Shown here: piece by piece, positions 25,118-37,765 of the stretch
Layout: each line of letters opens with the position of its first letter
Position numbering within the stretch: the first letter of the stretch is position 1
Source of the DNA: Octopus sinensis
Lineage: Eukaryota
Reading direction: 5' to 3'
Length of the DNA: 64,000 bases
Assembly: GCF_006345805.1 (NCBI RefSeq)
Contig: NC_043024.1
Span: 17,546,001 to 17,610,000, forward strand
Translations under genes and position numbers: made by a program
The notes under the pieces: generated by a model
Told to the model about the DNA's origin: nothing
Databases searched by the model: none
Seen by the model: the letters and a program-made list of their open reading frames with translations, nothing else

Positions 25118-25500
25118 GGATGTGTGGCAAGAAGCTTGCAACCCAACCACATGGTTCTGGGTTCAATCCCACTGCGTGACACCTTGGGCGAGTGTCTTCT
25201 ACTAGTCTTGTGGGTGGATTTGGTAGTTGGAAACTGAAAGAAGCTCATCGTGTATATATGTATATGTGTATATATTTATGTGTGTGTGTGTGTCTGTGTT
25301 TGTTCCCCCACTATCGTTTGACAACCAATTTTGGTGTGTTTATGTCCTCGAGACTTAGCAGTTCAGCAAAAGAGTCCGATAGAATAAGTACTAGGCTTAC
25401 AAAGAAAAAGTCCTGGGTTCGATTTCTTTGACTAAAGGTGGTGCTCTAGCATGGCTGCAGCCAAATGACTGAAACATGCCAAAGAGTAAAAGAGTAAAAA
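25118..25500 (+). mobile_element. SINE family A
   Basis: Head to aagagtaaaagagt tail. Confidence 0.85.
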
Positions 25501-25504
25501 GTGT

Positions 25505-26420
25505 ATATCATCATCATCATTTAATGTCCATTTTCCATGCTGGCGTGGGGTGAAAGGTCTGACAGGGACTATCAAGGCCAGGAGCTGCACCAGCTTCCAC
25601 AGTCTGTTTTGGCTTGGTTTCCACAGCTGGCTGCCCTTCCTAATGCCAAGCACTCTACAGAGTGTACTGGGCGTTTTTTATATGGCACCAGCACCAGTAT
25701 CCTTGAAGGTGGTTTTACGATATGAATTCTGTTCTGTTCTGTTCTGTCGTGGTGAGCGAGTCATCTTGAGTACAGCGATGCAGCACATGTCTCAGTCTTT
25801 TGTCATCTCCTTTATAAGGTTCAGCATTTTGAGATCAGCCTTCAGTACTCCAACCCATGTCTTCAACAACTTCCATCCACTTTAAGTGATCGGCACTTCT
25901 TTATGCAACCTATCCTCATCTATCCACATCACATGACCAAACCAGTGCAGTCTTCTCTCTTGCACACTGCATATAATTCTGCTTATACCTTACTTCTCAA
26001 TGCACTAGTGCTCTGTTGCACATAAACTGACATCGCACATCCAGTGGAGCATGCCAGCAGCTTTGTTCCTCTCTAGTCTTCACATGTCCTCTGCATTCAG
26101 GACTCATGTCTCACTACCATGTAGCATTGCAGTTTGTGCACATGCATCATACAATCTTCCTTCCATTCAGAAGGAGAGACATTTGTTTGCCAACAGAAGT
26201 AAAAACTCTCTGAACTTTCTCCATCTGATTCTTATTTAGCAATTACTCTTTTAGTACATCCTGCTCCACTGCCAATTAGGTCGCCTAAATTAGCAGAAAT
26301 TATCTACTGCATCTAGAATACCTCCAGGACATTTGAAGAAATCAGTTTCCTTTGAATCTCCAGGCTTCATGGTTCTTGTACATCTTCCATGTACAAACAC
26401 TAATTTGTCTGCTTCCTACT
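25505..26420 (-). mobile_element. RTE-clade LINE 3' fragment
   Basis: Minus strand, with frameshifts: AVDNFC*LGD..RWRKFRE..GRLYDAC..TAMLHGSET..RLERN..MLHWMC..ERRLHWFGHVM, then the RTE 3' UTR and (atg)n tail. Confidence 0.85.
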
Positions 26421-26904
26421 ATTACTCACACATATACACATTTATAGTTTATGTTTAAAATTAAAGTTTAGATAGGAGACTTTAAAACAGGGGTTTTAAA
26501 CAATTCTACTCACGAGCCCATTTTATTTTGCCTGCAGGCTGATATACTCACATATACAAAATATAGTAAATTTCCCAATTATAACATTTATACAATATTC
26601 ATGTGCCAATTTGTGACACAGGTTGCGTTTCCACTATGATTTAAAACTGTTAGAATCGAACAGAAAGTATCCGGTAATTTCCATTTGAATGGAAATTTTG
26701 TTATTACTATAAAACACATATTGCTAGGTTTGTACCCCCCCCCCCTTGAAACCCAGTTACCCTCTTGCTGGAAAATATAGAATACTCATAAGTAATATAA
26801 ATGTCCTAAATTCAGAGGCAGCTTTAATGAAGCTGTTATGCATTAATTTAACTCGTTAAACTTATTTTTATTAATGTATATCGAATTATACATAGATATC
26901 TCTG

Positions 26905-27268
26905 TTTACTCTTTTACTTGTTTCAGTCATTTGACTGCAGCCATGCTGGAGCACCAGGACTTATTCTTTGTAAACCTAGTACTTATTCTATCGGTCTCTT
27001 TTGTTGAACCGCTAAGTTATGGGGATGTAAACACACCAGCATCGGTTGTCAAGTGATGTTGGGGGACAAACACAGATACACAAAAACTCACGCACATATA
27101 TATACAACAGGCCTCTTTCAGTTTCTGTTTACCAAATCCACTCACAAGGCTTTGGTCAGCCCGATGCTGTAGTAGAAGACACTTGCTCAAAGTGCCATGC
27201 AGTGAGATTGAACCTGGAACCATGTGGTTGGTAAGCAAACTACTTACCACACAGCCACTCCTGCGCCA
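26905..27268 (-). mobile_element. SINE family A
   Basis: Full match with a short internal deletion. Confidence 0.85.
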
Positions 27269-27499
27269 ATACAAGATTTACACAGATATAAGAGCTAGAA
27301 CTTGTGATGCACCCATGGGCCTTTTTCTTTGGAAATGTTTACCTGCCACACTATAGTTTCCTCACTCCTGCTTATGTTGGGTGTGTCCCTAGTAGTATGC
27401 CTTGAAAGTACATTCACCACATATGGCTACCAGGCATCAACTGCGATTCTGCACTTTAGTCACAGGATGTGCATATGGAATTCCTCAGTGCTCGTTTAG

Positions 27500-27692
27500 T
27501 ATATTTTAAATAATTAATACAGAAGACAAAGTGTACTGCAAGCTTTATTTAGCACGACGATCATTTCAGCTTATATTGTTCCCCCAACCCCTAGGGAGCT
27601 GTGCAGATGTAAGCCAAAATGATCGTCATGCTAAATAAAGCTAATAAAGCTCACAGTACCCTCTTTTTTCCCTATCTATTATTTAAAATATT
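27500..27692. repeat. fold-back inverted repeat (MITE or PLE terminus)
   Basis: Inner arms 27541-27573 and 27610-27642 match at 30/33. Looser outer arms (gtactg/cagtac, atattttaaataat/attatttaaaatat). Confidence 0.65.
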
Positions 27693-27845
27693 TTTGTATG
27701 TATAATAATTAATTGTCTGTGTTTTCATACTAAAACTCAAAGGGGATCAATATACAGCAGTGTTAAAAGTGAGAAGTGTCTAACATGTGTTATAACAGTG
27801 TGTTGTTAAACTAAGCTTTTCCTTATATCTAAACGTTTTGTGCAG

Positions 27846-27871
27846 CTGACAAACATCAAACATATTCACTG
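27846..27871 (+). other. candidate 26-nt micro-exon
   Basis: ttttgtgcag|CTGACAAACATCAAACATATTCACTG|gtgagt, in non-repetitive sequence. Splice-motif evidence only. Confidence 0.2.
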
Positions 27872-27929
27872 GTGAGTGTGAAATAATATATTTCAGATCC
27901 CCCAGTTTACGCATCGACCGCAAAAGGCC

Positions 27930-28137
27930 TTAACCCTTTTGTTGCCAACTCAGCTGAATCCAGTTCTGGCCCTGTTGTACAAATGTCTTGTTTTCCTAAG
28001 TTTTGAATTAAAACCTTCCACCAAAACTTAGTCACAATTTATGTTCCTAACACTAGCTGAATGATAACTAAGTTATTTTACTAAATTCTTTGTTATATAC
28101 ACAGAGTATCTCAAAATAAATACAGTAAGGAAAGGCC
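27930..28137. mobile_element. piggyBac-like MITE
   Basis: TTAA-CCCTTTTGTTG left end, degenerate right end (cagtaaggaaagg). Confidence 0.5.
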
Positions 28138-28179
28138 TTGAGGTGTGGAGGAATAATCCTATTTACCTTTCTTTTATTC

Positions 28180-29300
28180 TTTTATTTTTCTGACTTGTTT
28201 CAGTCATTTGACTGCTGCCATGCTGGAGCACCAACCTCTAGCTGAACAAATCAACTCCAGGACTTGTTCTTTGTAAGCCTGGTACTTATTCGATCGGTCT
28301 CTTGTGCCAAAACGCTAAGTTACAGACACGTAAGCACACAGACATTGGTTGACAAGCAATGGTGGGGGACAAACACAGACACACAAATACAAACATACAT
28401 ATGTATATATATATATATACGACAGGCTTCTTTCAGTTTCCATCTACCAAATCCACTCACAAAGCTTTGGTTGGCCTGAGGCTATAGTAGATGATGCTTG
28501 CTTAAGGTGCCATGCAGTGGGACTGAACCCGGAACCACGTGGTTGGGAAGCAAGCTTCTTAGCACACATCCACACTTGCACGTAGAATTAATTATACACC
28601 TGTGTGTATCTTTTATCTTCTATCTTTATCTTGTTACCGTCATTAGAGCATGGTCATGCTAGGGCACCACCTTGAAGGGTTTTAAATCAAACTGAACCCA
28701 GTACTATTTAAAAAAAAAAATTTAAGCCTGGTATTTATTCTATCAGTCTCTTTTGCTGGACTGCCAAGTTACAGGGACATAAACACACCAACACAGGTTG
28801 TCAAGTGACAGTGGGGCACAAGCACAAACCCTCACACACACACGTGCATGCACATAGATATACAACATATATATGATGGGCTTCTTTCCGTCTACCAAAT
28901 CCACTTACAAGACTTTGGTCAGCCCAAGGTTATAATAGAAGACACTGGCCCAAGGTTCCATGCAATGAGATTGAACCTAGAACCATGTGGTTGGGAAGCG
29001 AGTTTCTTACCACACACCTGCAACAATATATGTATGTATATTCCTTTACCTGTTTCAGGCATTTTACTGCAGCCATGCTGGAGCACCACCAACATCGGTT
29101 GTCAAGTGATGGTGTTGGGGGAGAAACACAGACACATGCACAAATACATACATACATACATATATACGACAGGCTTCTTTCAGTTTCTGTCTACCAAATC
29201 CACTCACAAGGTTTTGGTCGGCCTGAGGTTATAGTAGAAGACACTTGCCCTAGGTGCCATGCAGTGGGACTGAACCCAGAACCATGTGGTTGGCAAGCCA
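28180..29300 (-). mobile_element. three tandem SINE family A copies
   Basis: Units at about 28180-28580, 28625-29010 and 29045-29300, same orientation. Confidence 0.85.
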
Positions 29301-29309
29301 CTATTGCAT

Positions 29310-29470
29310 CATCATTATCATTGTTTAACATCTGCTTTCCATGCTAGCATGGGTTGGATGTTTTGACCGAGGACTGGTGAACCAGTTGGCTGCATCAGGC
29401 TCCAATCTGACCTTGCAGAGTTTCTACTGCTGGATGCCCTTCCTAATGCCATAATGCCCTTCCTAACGCA
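29310..29470 (-). mobile_element. RTE-type 3' tail
   Basis: ttccatgctagcatgggttgg..ctggatgcccttcctaatgcc. Confidence 0.75.
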
Positions 29471-29639
29471 TATAAAAATATATATAGACGCCTGTGTCTA
29501 TATATATATTTATATATAACCATCAACATTACTATTGCCAACATTATCATCACTGTCGATATAGCCAATCATCATCATCATCATCTTCATCATTGTCAAC
29601 ACTATCATCATCTTCACCACTACCACCATTACTACCATC

Positions 29640-29865
29640 ACCAATAACTTTCTAGAAATAGCAGCCAAATCTCCTTCTTCTTATACCACCCTGCCATCTT
29701 TAAAACAAGGACATGTTGGATAATAATATTCAGCATGTCCTACTCATAGGAAGAAAGAAGTTGAATGGTCATCAATGGATTGCCTTTGATCATTGAATTT
29801 CTTTGATTCCAATCGGTACAGCCTTGGGCTAATCAACAGGAGCAGCAACACCACCTCCACCATCA
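29640..29865 (+). mobile_element. diverged interspersed repeat (family F)
   Basis: ctagaaatagcagccaaatctcc also at about 16930. The 3' part matches reverse fragments at about 13090-13190 and 34270-34320. Confidence 0.5.
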
Positions 29866-30542
29866 TCATCCTATGTGGTGAGTTTCCTGTATAAGAAAAC
29901 AGATTGGATGGTCACAGCTGGAATGTCTATGATCATAGATGGTCTGTTTGATAAGAAATAACTTGGGGCTAAATAACAGCAACAACATCACCACTACTAT
30001 CAGCATTAACACCAACAACAACAAACGTCAATAATATATCAACCCAACACCACCCTCTCACACCCCAACTACTAAACCATGTTTTGTCCCCACCCCCACC
30101 TTCCATCAACCTACCAACCATCACTACCAAATCACTGTCCCCCTCCCCCACTTTTATCATATTCACTACTACCATCACCACTACCACCACCACTACCATC
30201 ACTACAACAACCACCACTACAACAACCACTACCACCACAACCATTATCACCATCACTGCCACCACAACAACCACCACCACCACAACAATTATCACCATCA
30301 CTGCCACTACCCCCCCCCGTCACCACCCTCTCCAACCCCACCCCTGCCCCAGTGTTATTTACAGTTCTGTTCCATGTTCCGTTGTCGTCCATTCTTTGAT
30401 AGATTCCCACTCGTCTGGAACGAAATCAAAGAAAAATGGAATGTTCGTTAAATGAAAGATAATTGTTACTAGCTTTCTGGTTTGGTGGTCGTGGTGCAAG
30501 GTTGTGAGAATTTCAACTTGAAGGAAGAGGAAGCAGAGGAGA

Positions 30543-30579
<37 letters not shown>

Positions 30580-30580
<1 letters not shown>

Positions 30581-30780
30581 GGCAGTGAGCTGGAAGAATC
30601 GTTGGAACACCAGACAAAATGCTTAGCAGCATTTTGTGCGTCCTTACATTCTGAATTTAAATTTACCCTATCATCCTTTCGGGGTTTATAAATTAAATAC
30701 TGGTGAAACATTGGGGTCAATTAATCGATTTAATCCCTCCTCGAAAATGGCTGCCCCTGTGGCAAAATTTGAAACCATTA
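30580..30780 (+). mobile_element. SINE family B between (ATT)n tracts
   Basis: Consensus match, flanked by (att)n on both sides. Confidence 0.8.
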
Positions 30781-31355
30781 TCAATATTATTATTATTATT
30801 ATTATTATTATTCTCACCATGATTATTATTATTGAATGAGAGAGCAGTACATGACATCAGAGTGAAACTGGAGTAAAATATACGAAGCCCAGTATACCTA
30901 TCATGACTACCCATCTGATAAGGGTACACCAAGCACATGCATCACAACCTTATGTTCATAGCATGGTGATCTATCAAGATAAATAGCGCATGATCTTGCA
31001 GGTGGGGCCCAGTCAGAATTTTTTTCAGTTCAAATAGCCCATCTGCTCAAAAGGTCCCTGAATAAGGGTCATTTAAGGATGGGGAATAAAACAGCCCTGT
31101 TTCCATCAAACCCCAAAGAATTCCTCTCAACACATGGCTATGATGCTCCCCTACTACTTCTGCTCATGATCAGAGGTGCACATATTGTCAGCCACAAAGG
31201 GACATGCTCAAGTAGTTAAGGTCAAGCAATTGACAAGCAAATCTGTGGTATTGAGCAGAATATTAGCTGTAGCCCATCTTTTATACCAAGACAAAACACT
31301 GTACATGATAACACTTCCAATCAGTTAAAATCAGAAGCCATGAGGCCACTGCCTT
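30780..31355 (-). mobile_element. LINE-like 3' UTR fragment with (AAT)n tail
   Basis: Non-coding GC-richer block that ends on the minus strand in ..ctctctcattc + aat repeats. Family unassigned (CR1/L2-like by recollection only). Confidence 0.45.
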
Positions 31356-31544
31356 GTATTGAAAGAGTCTTGGAGAAAAATACTCATAGAAGAATCAATA
31401 ATTACTAAAATTTCATGACTTATACAAAGAATATTTTATAAATATTATGGCATGTTAAACCAATGTGGGAGTTGTGTTAATGGACGATAGGGGTGTTGTA
31501 AAGATTTTGTGGTCAGGAGTGTTGAAAAAGACAGCAAGGGATAC

Positions 31545-31955
31545 TCTCATTTACTTGTTTCAGTCATTTGACTGCGGTCATGCTGGAGCACCGCCTTTAG
31601 TTGAAGAAATTAACTCCAGGACTTATTCTTTGTAAGCCTAGTACTTATTCTATCAGTCTCTTTTGCCAAACTGCTAAGTTATGGGGACGTAAATACACCA
31701 GCATCGGTTGTCAAGTGATGTTGGGGACGAACACAGACACACAAACATATACACACACAGACACACATATATACATGCATATACATATATACGATGGGCT
31801 TCTTTCAGTTTCCATCTACCAAATCCACTCACAAGGCTTTGGTTGGCCGAGGTTATAGTAGAAGACACTTGCCCAAGGTGTCACACAGTGGGAATGAACC
31901 AGGAACCATGTGGCTGGTAAACATGCTACTTACCACACAGCCACTCCTGTGCCTA
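31545..31955 (-). mobile_element. SINE family A, full length
   Basis: Consensus match. Confidence 0.9.
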
Positions 31956-32054
31956 ACTCTTTTAATGAATGTTAGAAGTTTATTACTTGTGGAAATAAGC
32001 ACATGCGTGCACACACACACACACACACACACACATACATGCTAGGAAGGGTAG

Positions 32055-32195
32055 GTTTGTGTTAGGAAGGGCATCCTGTTGTAAAAATCAGGCCAAAGCA
32101 GGCACTGGAGCACAATACAGTCCCTGGATACATCACATTCTGTCAAACCATCGAACCAATGCCAGCGTGGAACATGGACATTATATGATGATGGT
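32055..32195 (+). mobile_element. RTE-type 3' tail
   Basis: gttaggaagggcatcc..caaaccatcgaaccaatgccagcgtggaa..atgatgatg. Confidence 0.7.
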
Positions 32196-32829
32196 GGTAG
32201 TGGTGGTGGTGGTGGTGGAGCTGCTGGTGTTGTAGGTGGGGGTTGACATTGTCATAGTCATGATGATGATGATGATTATGATGACAATAGTGTGATACAA
32301 CTGGCTTCTGTACTTTTTCTCTCTGCCACCACTGCCACAACCACCACCACCACAAATATTACAACCATCATCACTACCACCAACACCACCACAACCACTG
32401 GCCCCACTCGTCTCCAACCTCTCCAATCCCACCCCTGCCCCAGTGTTATTTACCGTTCTGTTCCATGTTGCATTGTTAAAAGATACGCATCTCTGCTAAA
32501 AGATACTTGCCCAAGATGTCACACCATGGCACGGTTCCTGAGACTATGCAGGTGGTTACCAAGTAAACTTGGTAACCACACAACCAACCAACCAAGCCTG
32601 GGTCTCCCAATAAACAGTTTCAAACTAAAAGAAATTGATTTGCTGCAAGGAAGTGGAAGAATTGAACTTGTTGAACAAAACCCTGATTGTTGGGGCAACA
32701 TGAGTCACTTTACATCATAATATTGTCTTCAATAAAACTAATATTATTCTTGAATTAGGATCAATTTCAATTGATTGTATTGAACTCTGGACAACTTGTG
32801 GCTATAGATCTACCCAAGAAATCAATATT

Positions 32830-33845
32830 AAGGCAGTGAGCTGGCAGAAACATTAGCACGACGGGCGAAATGCTTAGCGGTATTTCGTCTACTGTTATGT
32901 TCTGAGTTCAAATTTGCCTTTCATCCTTTTGGGGTCGATAAATTAAGTACCAGTTATGCACTGGGGTCGATGTAATCAACTTAATCCCTTTGTCTGTCCT
33001 TGTTTGTCCCCTCTGTGTGTAGCCCCTTGTGGGCAATAAAGAAATAAGAAAAGTTAGCACGCTGAGCTAAATTGTTAATGGTATTTTGTCTGTCTTTACT
33101 TTCTGAGTTCAAATTCTGCTCAGGTTGACTTTGCCTTTCATTCTTTCGGGGTTGATGAATTAAGTACCAGTTGCATACTGGGGTTGATCTAATCGTCTGG
33201 TCCCCTCCTCGAAAATTTCAGGCCTTGTGCCTAGAGTAGAAAAGAATCATTAGCATGCCAGACAGAATGCTTAGTGGTATTTCATCTGTCTGCACGTTCT
33301 GGGTTCAAATTCCATTGAGGTCGATTTTGCCTATCATCCTTTCAGGAGTCGATAAATTAAGTACCAGTTGCATACTGAGGTCGATCTAATCAACTGGCAC
33401 CCTCCCCCACCCCCAAATTCCTGGCCTTGTGCTAAAATTTAAAACCAACATTAACATCAGTTAAAGGCAGCAAGCTGGTAGAATGGTCAGCTCTCTGGGA
33501 ATAAAGGCCTAGCTGCATTTCCTCTCTCCTTAAGTTCTGAGTTCAAATTCTGCTGAGGTCAACTTTGCCTTTTGTCCTTTTTTTTGGGTGGTGGGGTTCA
33601 ATAAAATAAGTACCAGTTGAGAACTGGTGGTCAGTGTAATCAACTTACCCTTAGACTTGATGGACTTGTGCCAAATTTTCAAACCAAAATTAACTGCAGT
33701 TAAAGGCTGCAATTTGGTGAAATGGTCAGCACGCTGGGTCGAATATGTTGCAGCATTTCGTCTGTCTGTATGTTCTGAGTTCAAATTCTACTGAGGTTGA
33801 CTTTAATTTTCATTATTTCTGGTTCAATAAAATAAGAACTATACT
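32830..33845 (+). mobile_element. head-to-tail array of five SINE family B copies
   Basis: Units start at about 32830, 33050, 33245, 33465 and 33700, each with gagttcaaatt..actttgccttt..aagtaccagtt. Confidence 0.85.
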
Positions 33846-33877
33846 ATTTTATATTTTAGAAATGAGGAATTCTGTAC

Positions 33878-34165
33878 ATTTTTTCCATTGGACGGATATG
33901 TGTCCTCATCTTGTTTGCTCTTACCACAACGTATTGACTGATTTACTCTCCAGCTTTCATCAGGGGTCCAGGCAGTGCCTTGAATAAATAATAATAATAA
34001 TAATAACATCAGCAAAAAATACCTTAGGAATGAGAACCCAGGGTTGGGTTCAAAATTCCACCAGGACACCTGATGAAGTCTAGAGAGTAAATCAGCCGAA
34101 ACGTTGTGGTAACAACAAACAAGGTGAGAACACATATCTATCCAATGTAAATAATGTAAATAAAA
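33878..34165. mobile_element. second PLE terminal fold-back repeat (same family as 10091-10379)
   Basis: Left arm 33878-33972 and right arm 34019-34165. The spacer contains (aat)n. Shares the acatca..aaaaaataccttaggaatgagaacccagg junction. Confidence 0.75.
34066..34109 (+). ncRNA. minimal hammerhead motif, stem II decayed
   Basis: ACAC-CTGATGA-A-gtcta gagagtaaat cagcc-GAAAC-GT-T-gtgg. Confidence 0.5.
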
Positions 34166-34469
34166 TAAGAACGTGTTGGACACTGAGTTTGATGCCTCCT
34201 AAGGTTGACTTCTACTCTGAAATTGCTGGCCTTGTGCCAAAATTTGAAACCAATATTCATAGCAGTTTTTTTTTTGTCCTTGTTGCAGCTGTTGTTTAGC
34301 CCTGGGCCATCTCTAATTGAGCTAACATATCAACAAAACTACTCTACTCCTTGCCAGGCCAGCTTCTTTTCAGGAAAAATTTGCTTAAGACTGTGTCATT
34401 CAATGTGTTCTTCGTTGTTGGCATTTAGCATAGATATGGCTACTATATGTAGCAGTTTCAATAAGCACA

Positions 34470-34650
34470 AAGAGGTTCCCACCCAGTACACCGTGTGGAG
34501 TGGTTGGCATCAGGAAAGGGCTCCCAGCTGTAGAAGCCGTGCCAGCACAGACAATGGGACCTGGTGTGACCCCTGGCCTTACCATCTCTGACCAAACTGT
34601 CCAACCCATGCCAGCATGGAAAACGGATATTAAATGATGATGATGATGTG
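34470..34650 (+). mobile_element. RTE-type 3' tail
   Basis: ggagtggttggcatcaggaaaggg..aactgtccaacccatgccagcatggaaaacgga..(atg)n. Confidence 0.75.
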
Positions 34651-35754
34651 TGGTGTAACTGGTGCCTTCTGTTGCATGTGTTATATGGGTGTTGTTTGCA
34701 TGCTGTCACCAATACAGTGTCGCATCAGCAACACTGTATCACATCCATAACTATAATACTTAGCTATCAACAGCCAGTCCACCTAGTTGTAAGCAGGTAC
34801 CACAGGTTTTTTTTCCCCTGTAATATCCACTTCAGTGATTTGCTGATCTCAAATGAAATTCTGCCGAGACAAAAGATAACTGCTATAGATCTGATTTCTC
34901 TCCAGGGGTAGATTTAACTCACATCTGTTTAGCTCTTTGGTAAACCAGAATTAAGTACCATGTCACTGAGACTTGATGATCATTTAGTCCAAGATCAGCC
35001 CTACTCCTTTAGATCTGTGATCAAAGATATCCTACCATGACCACCTCATATTTTATTCAGGCATATCTTTTACTCTTCTGCACCAATACATCATTCCAAG
35101 ACCAACCGGTTGATCCAGTTGCCTTCCAAGAATGACGAGTTCTACAAAATTATCTCGTCCCAGAATCCCATAATTCCATCTCAATGGCTTTGGATCACTG
35201 ATCCATTCCACACACATCCATACAACACAATTCCGCATTCATCAATCATAGTAGTTTTATTTCATCATGCGTTGTGGTGTTCATGCTGATCTACATCTTA
35301 TTCATCTTTACTAACTGTACTTTTGCTATTTTAATTGACCTCTTTGTTTTAGTTACATATTTTTGCTAATTAGATTCACTAATTAATTGATTCCAGAAGA
35401 TTTTTTTAATCAGACTGTCTCCATATTAGTGTTGTTTGTTTCGTGCTTTTTTTTCAAAGATTCTTAGCATGTGTGAGATAATTACTGAAGGTAAAACGAG
35501 AAGAAAGAAACCAAGAATAGATTGGTTAAACAAAAGAGAGATGTGGACATGGTTCTGTGGTTAAGAAGCTCAAATTTCAACCTCATTACATGGCATTTTG
35601 GGTCAGATTCTTCCACTGTAGCCCTTGGCTAACAAAATGCTTGTGAGTCAATTTAGAAGGCTGAAATTGAAAGAAACATCATGTGTGTGTGTGTGTGTGT
35701 GTATTTTTTCATTAATATTTAGCAGAAGCAATTCTTCATCAATTTCCTAACTAA

Positions 35755-35961
35755 AACAATGCAGCAGAACAGAAAAATGGTAAGAAAAGAATCATCAACT
35801 CATTAGAACTTGGCATCAAAGACAACACTTTCATTGCATTCTTTCTTCAATATCTTCATATTCTCAGTTCAATTCCTACTCAGGTTAGTAACGCTGGGCC
35901 AAGACCACCAGAAACCAGGGAGAAGTGGGAATTTCAGAGGGAAGAATTTGAAGGTCATTGA
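35755..35961 (+). other. stop-free 68-codon frame without ATG; candidate exon(s) or decayed coding relic
   Basis: NNAAEQKNGKKRIINSLELGIKDNTFIAFFLQYLHILSSIPTQVSNAGPRPPETREKWEFQREEFEGH*. CAG|GTTAGT at 35883/4 could serve as donor or acceptor. No homolog recognised. Confidence 0.25.
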
Positions 35962-36189
35962 AATGACACTTCAAAGTAATTATATCGTTAGCTCAACGCC
36001 CTCCCAGGAAATTCCAAATGGGAGATGTTTCCTTGCTTCATTGATTTATTTCTTCTTCTCCAATTTGGCGGCAGCAGATTTTCGACTTTTGACTTTTATC
36101 AAATGAACGACAGGAATCGGCCTGAATCTATAAGAAAAATCAATTATTATTACTGGTCGTTTGTTTGTATGTTTTTTGCATCATCGATG

Positions 36190-36223
<34 letters not shown>

Positions 36224-37203
36224 AGGGAGAGGGAGAGAGAGGGAGGGAGAGAGAGGGAGAGAGAGGGAGACTGTACATACATGCACACATGTTCATACAC
36301 ACATATCTGTTAATGCAGTCGAGTGTGTTCAAACACATACACCAACACATTCACACACGTTTATACAAATATATACATACACATGTACATAAGGCAGCCA
36401 CACATACACACACACATACACAAATATACAAACACGCACACACACACTCATACACACAAACACGCACATACACAAAGCCACACACAGACATACACATACA
36501 TGCACAAATACACATACACCCACACACAAACAGACGCACAGACACAGTCACACACACACATGCATACAGCCAAACACCTACACAATCCCAGAGATTGACT
36601 ATTTTCGATCTGTATTTGAAAAGTTTCATCTTTTGGTTCAAGTTGAAACACAACAATGTTGGAGTGGGTGGTGGTGAGGTTGGCGGTGGTGGTGGTGGTG
36701 GTGATGGCAGCTTTCCTGTTGATAATGTTTTGGTAGTGGTAAGGGTGGTGGTGTTGATGATGGTGATGTGGTGCCAATCATGATGGTCATAGAAGTGATG
36801 CTGGAGAGTGATGCTGACAAAGGTGGCGATGATGATGATATAAAGTAGTGATGGTGGTAGTAGCAATGGTGGTGGTGGTGGTGTGAGTGCGTTGCAGATA
36901 CGGTGATGATCATAATGTCCTTGGCAGCTCTGGGGGTGGTGATGATGGTGGCATTAATGATGATGATGTTGTTGTTGAAAAGAACAGGTGGGTGGGGACA
37001 GAAAGATTGGTGCATAGAACAAACTGCTTCATGGAATTTGGTTATATCCCTTTGAGCTCAAAGCTCTTGAAGTTTCACCTTGCTTTTCATCCTCCTGGAT
37101 GACCTTGTGCCAAACTTAAGAATCATTATTATTATTGTTATTATTATTATTATTATTATTCGTATTATTATTATTATTATTATTATTGTTATTATTATTA
37201 TTC

Positions 37204-37236
<33 letters not shown>

Positions 37237-37251
37237 TGATTATTATTATTA

Positions 37252-37470
37252 AGGTGACAAGCTGGCAGAATCGTTAGTACACCAGGCGAAATGCTTAGCA
37301 ACATTTTGCCTGTCTTCACATTCTGAGTTCAAATGCCACCAAGGTCAACTTTGCCTCTCAACCTCTCAGGGTTGATTAAATAAGTACCAGTTACACACTG
37401 GGGTTGATGTAATTGACTTCGTCCCTTTCCCCAAATTTGAGGCCTTGTTTTTCCAGTAGAAAGGATTATT
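37252..37470 (+). mobile_element. SINE family B after an (ATT)n tract
   Basis: Consensus match. (att)n at 37120-37250. Confidence 0.85.
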
Positions 37471-37504
37471 ATTATTGTTATCATTTTACTTCTCAGTCTT
37501 GTTT

Positions 37505-37720
37505 GTTCTGATAAAGTCTTATGAGAGTGGATAGCAGCCTGTTGTCAGAGGACTCACAGGGTCTCTTTCCACACATTTTAAGCTTTGATAATTGATTGTT
37601 AATTATCATGGGAGGCATTCAACATCCAAGAACCAATCTCAAAATCATAGCTGTCCCCAGCAGAGCAGTTTTGGCGGCTTGCAAATTCCAAGTCTTCTCT
37701 GCTCTTACGTCAATTCCAAA
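37505..37720 (-). mobile_element. second R4/Dong-like LINE extreme 3' fragment
   Basis: Minus strand ..LQAAKTALLGTAMILRLVLGC*, compared with the RLE-LINE C-terminal LQK.ALLGTA.ILR motif. Abuts (att)/(tac)n. Confidence 0.6.
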
Positions 37721-37729
37721 TTATTATTC

Positions 37730-37765
<36 letters not shown>

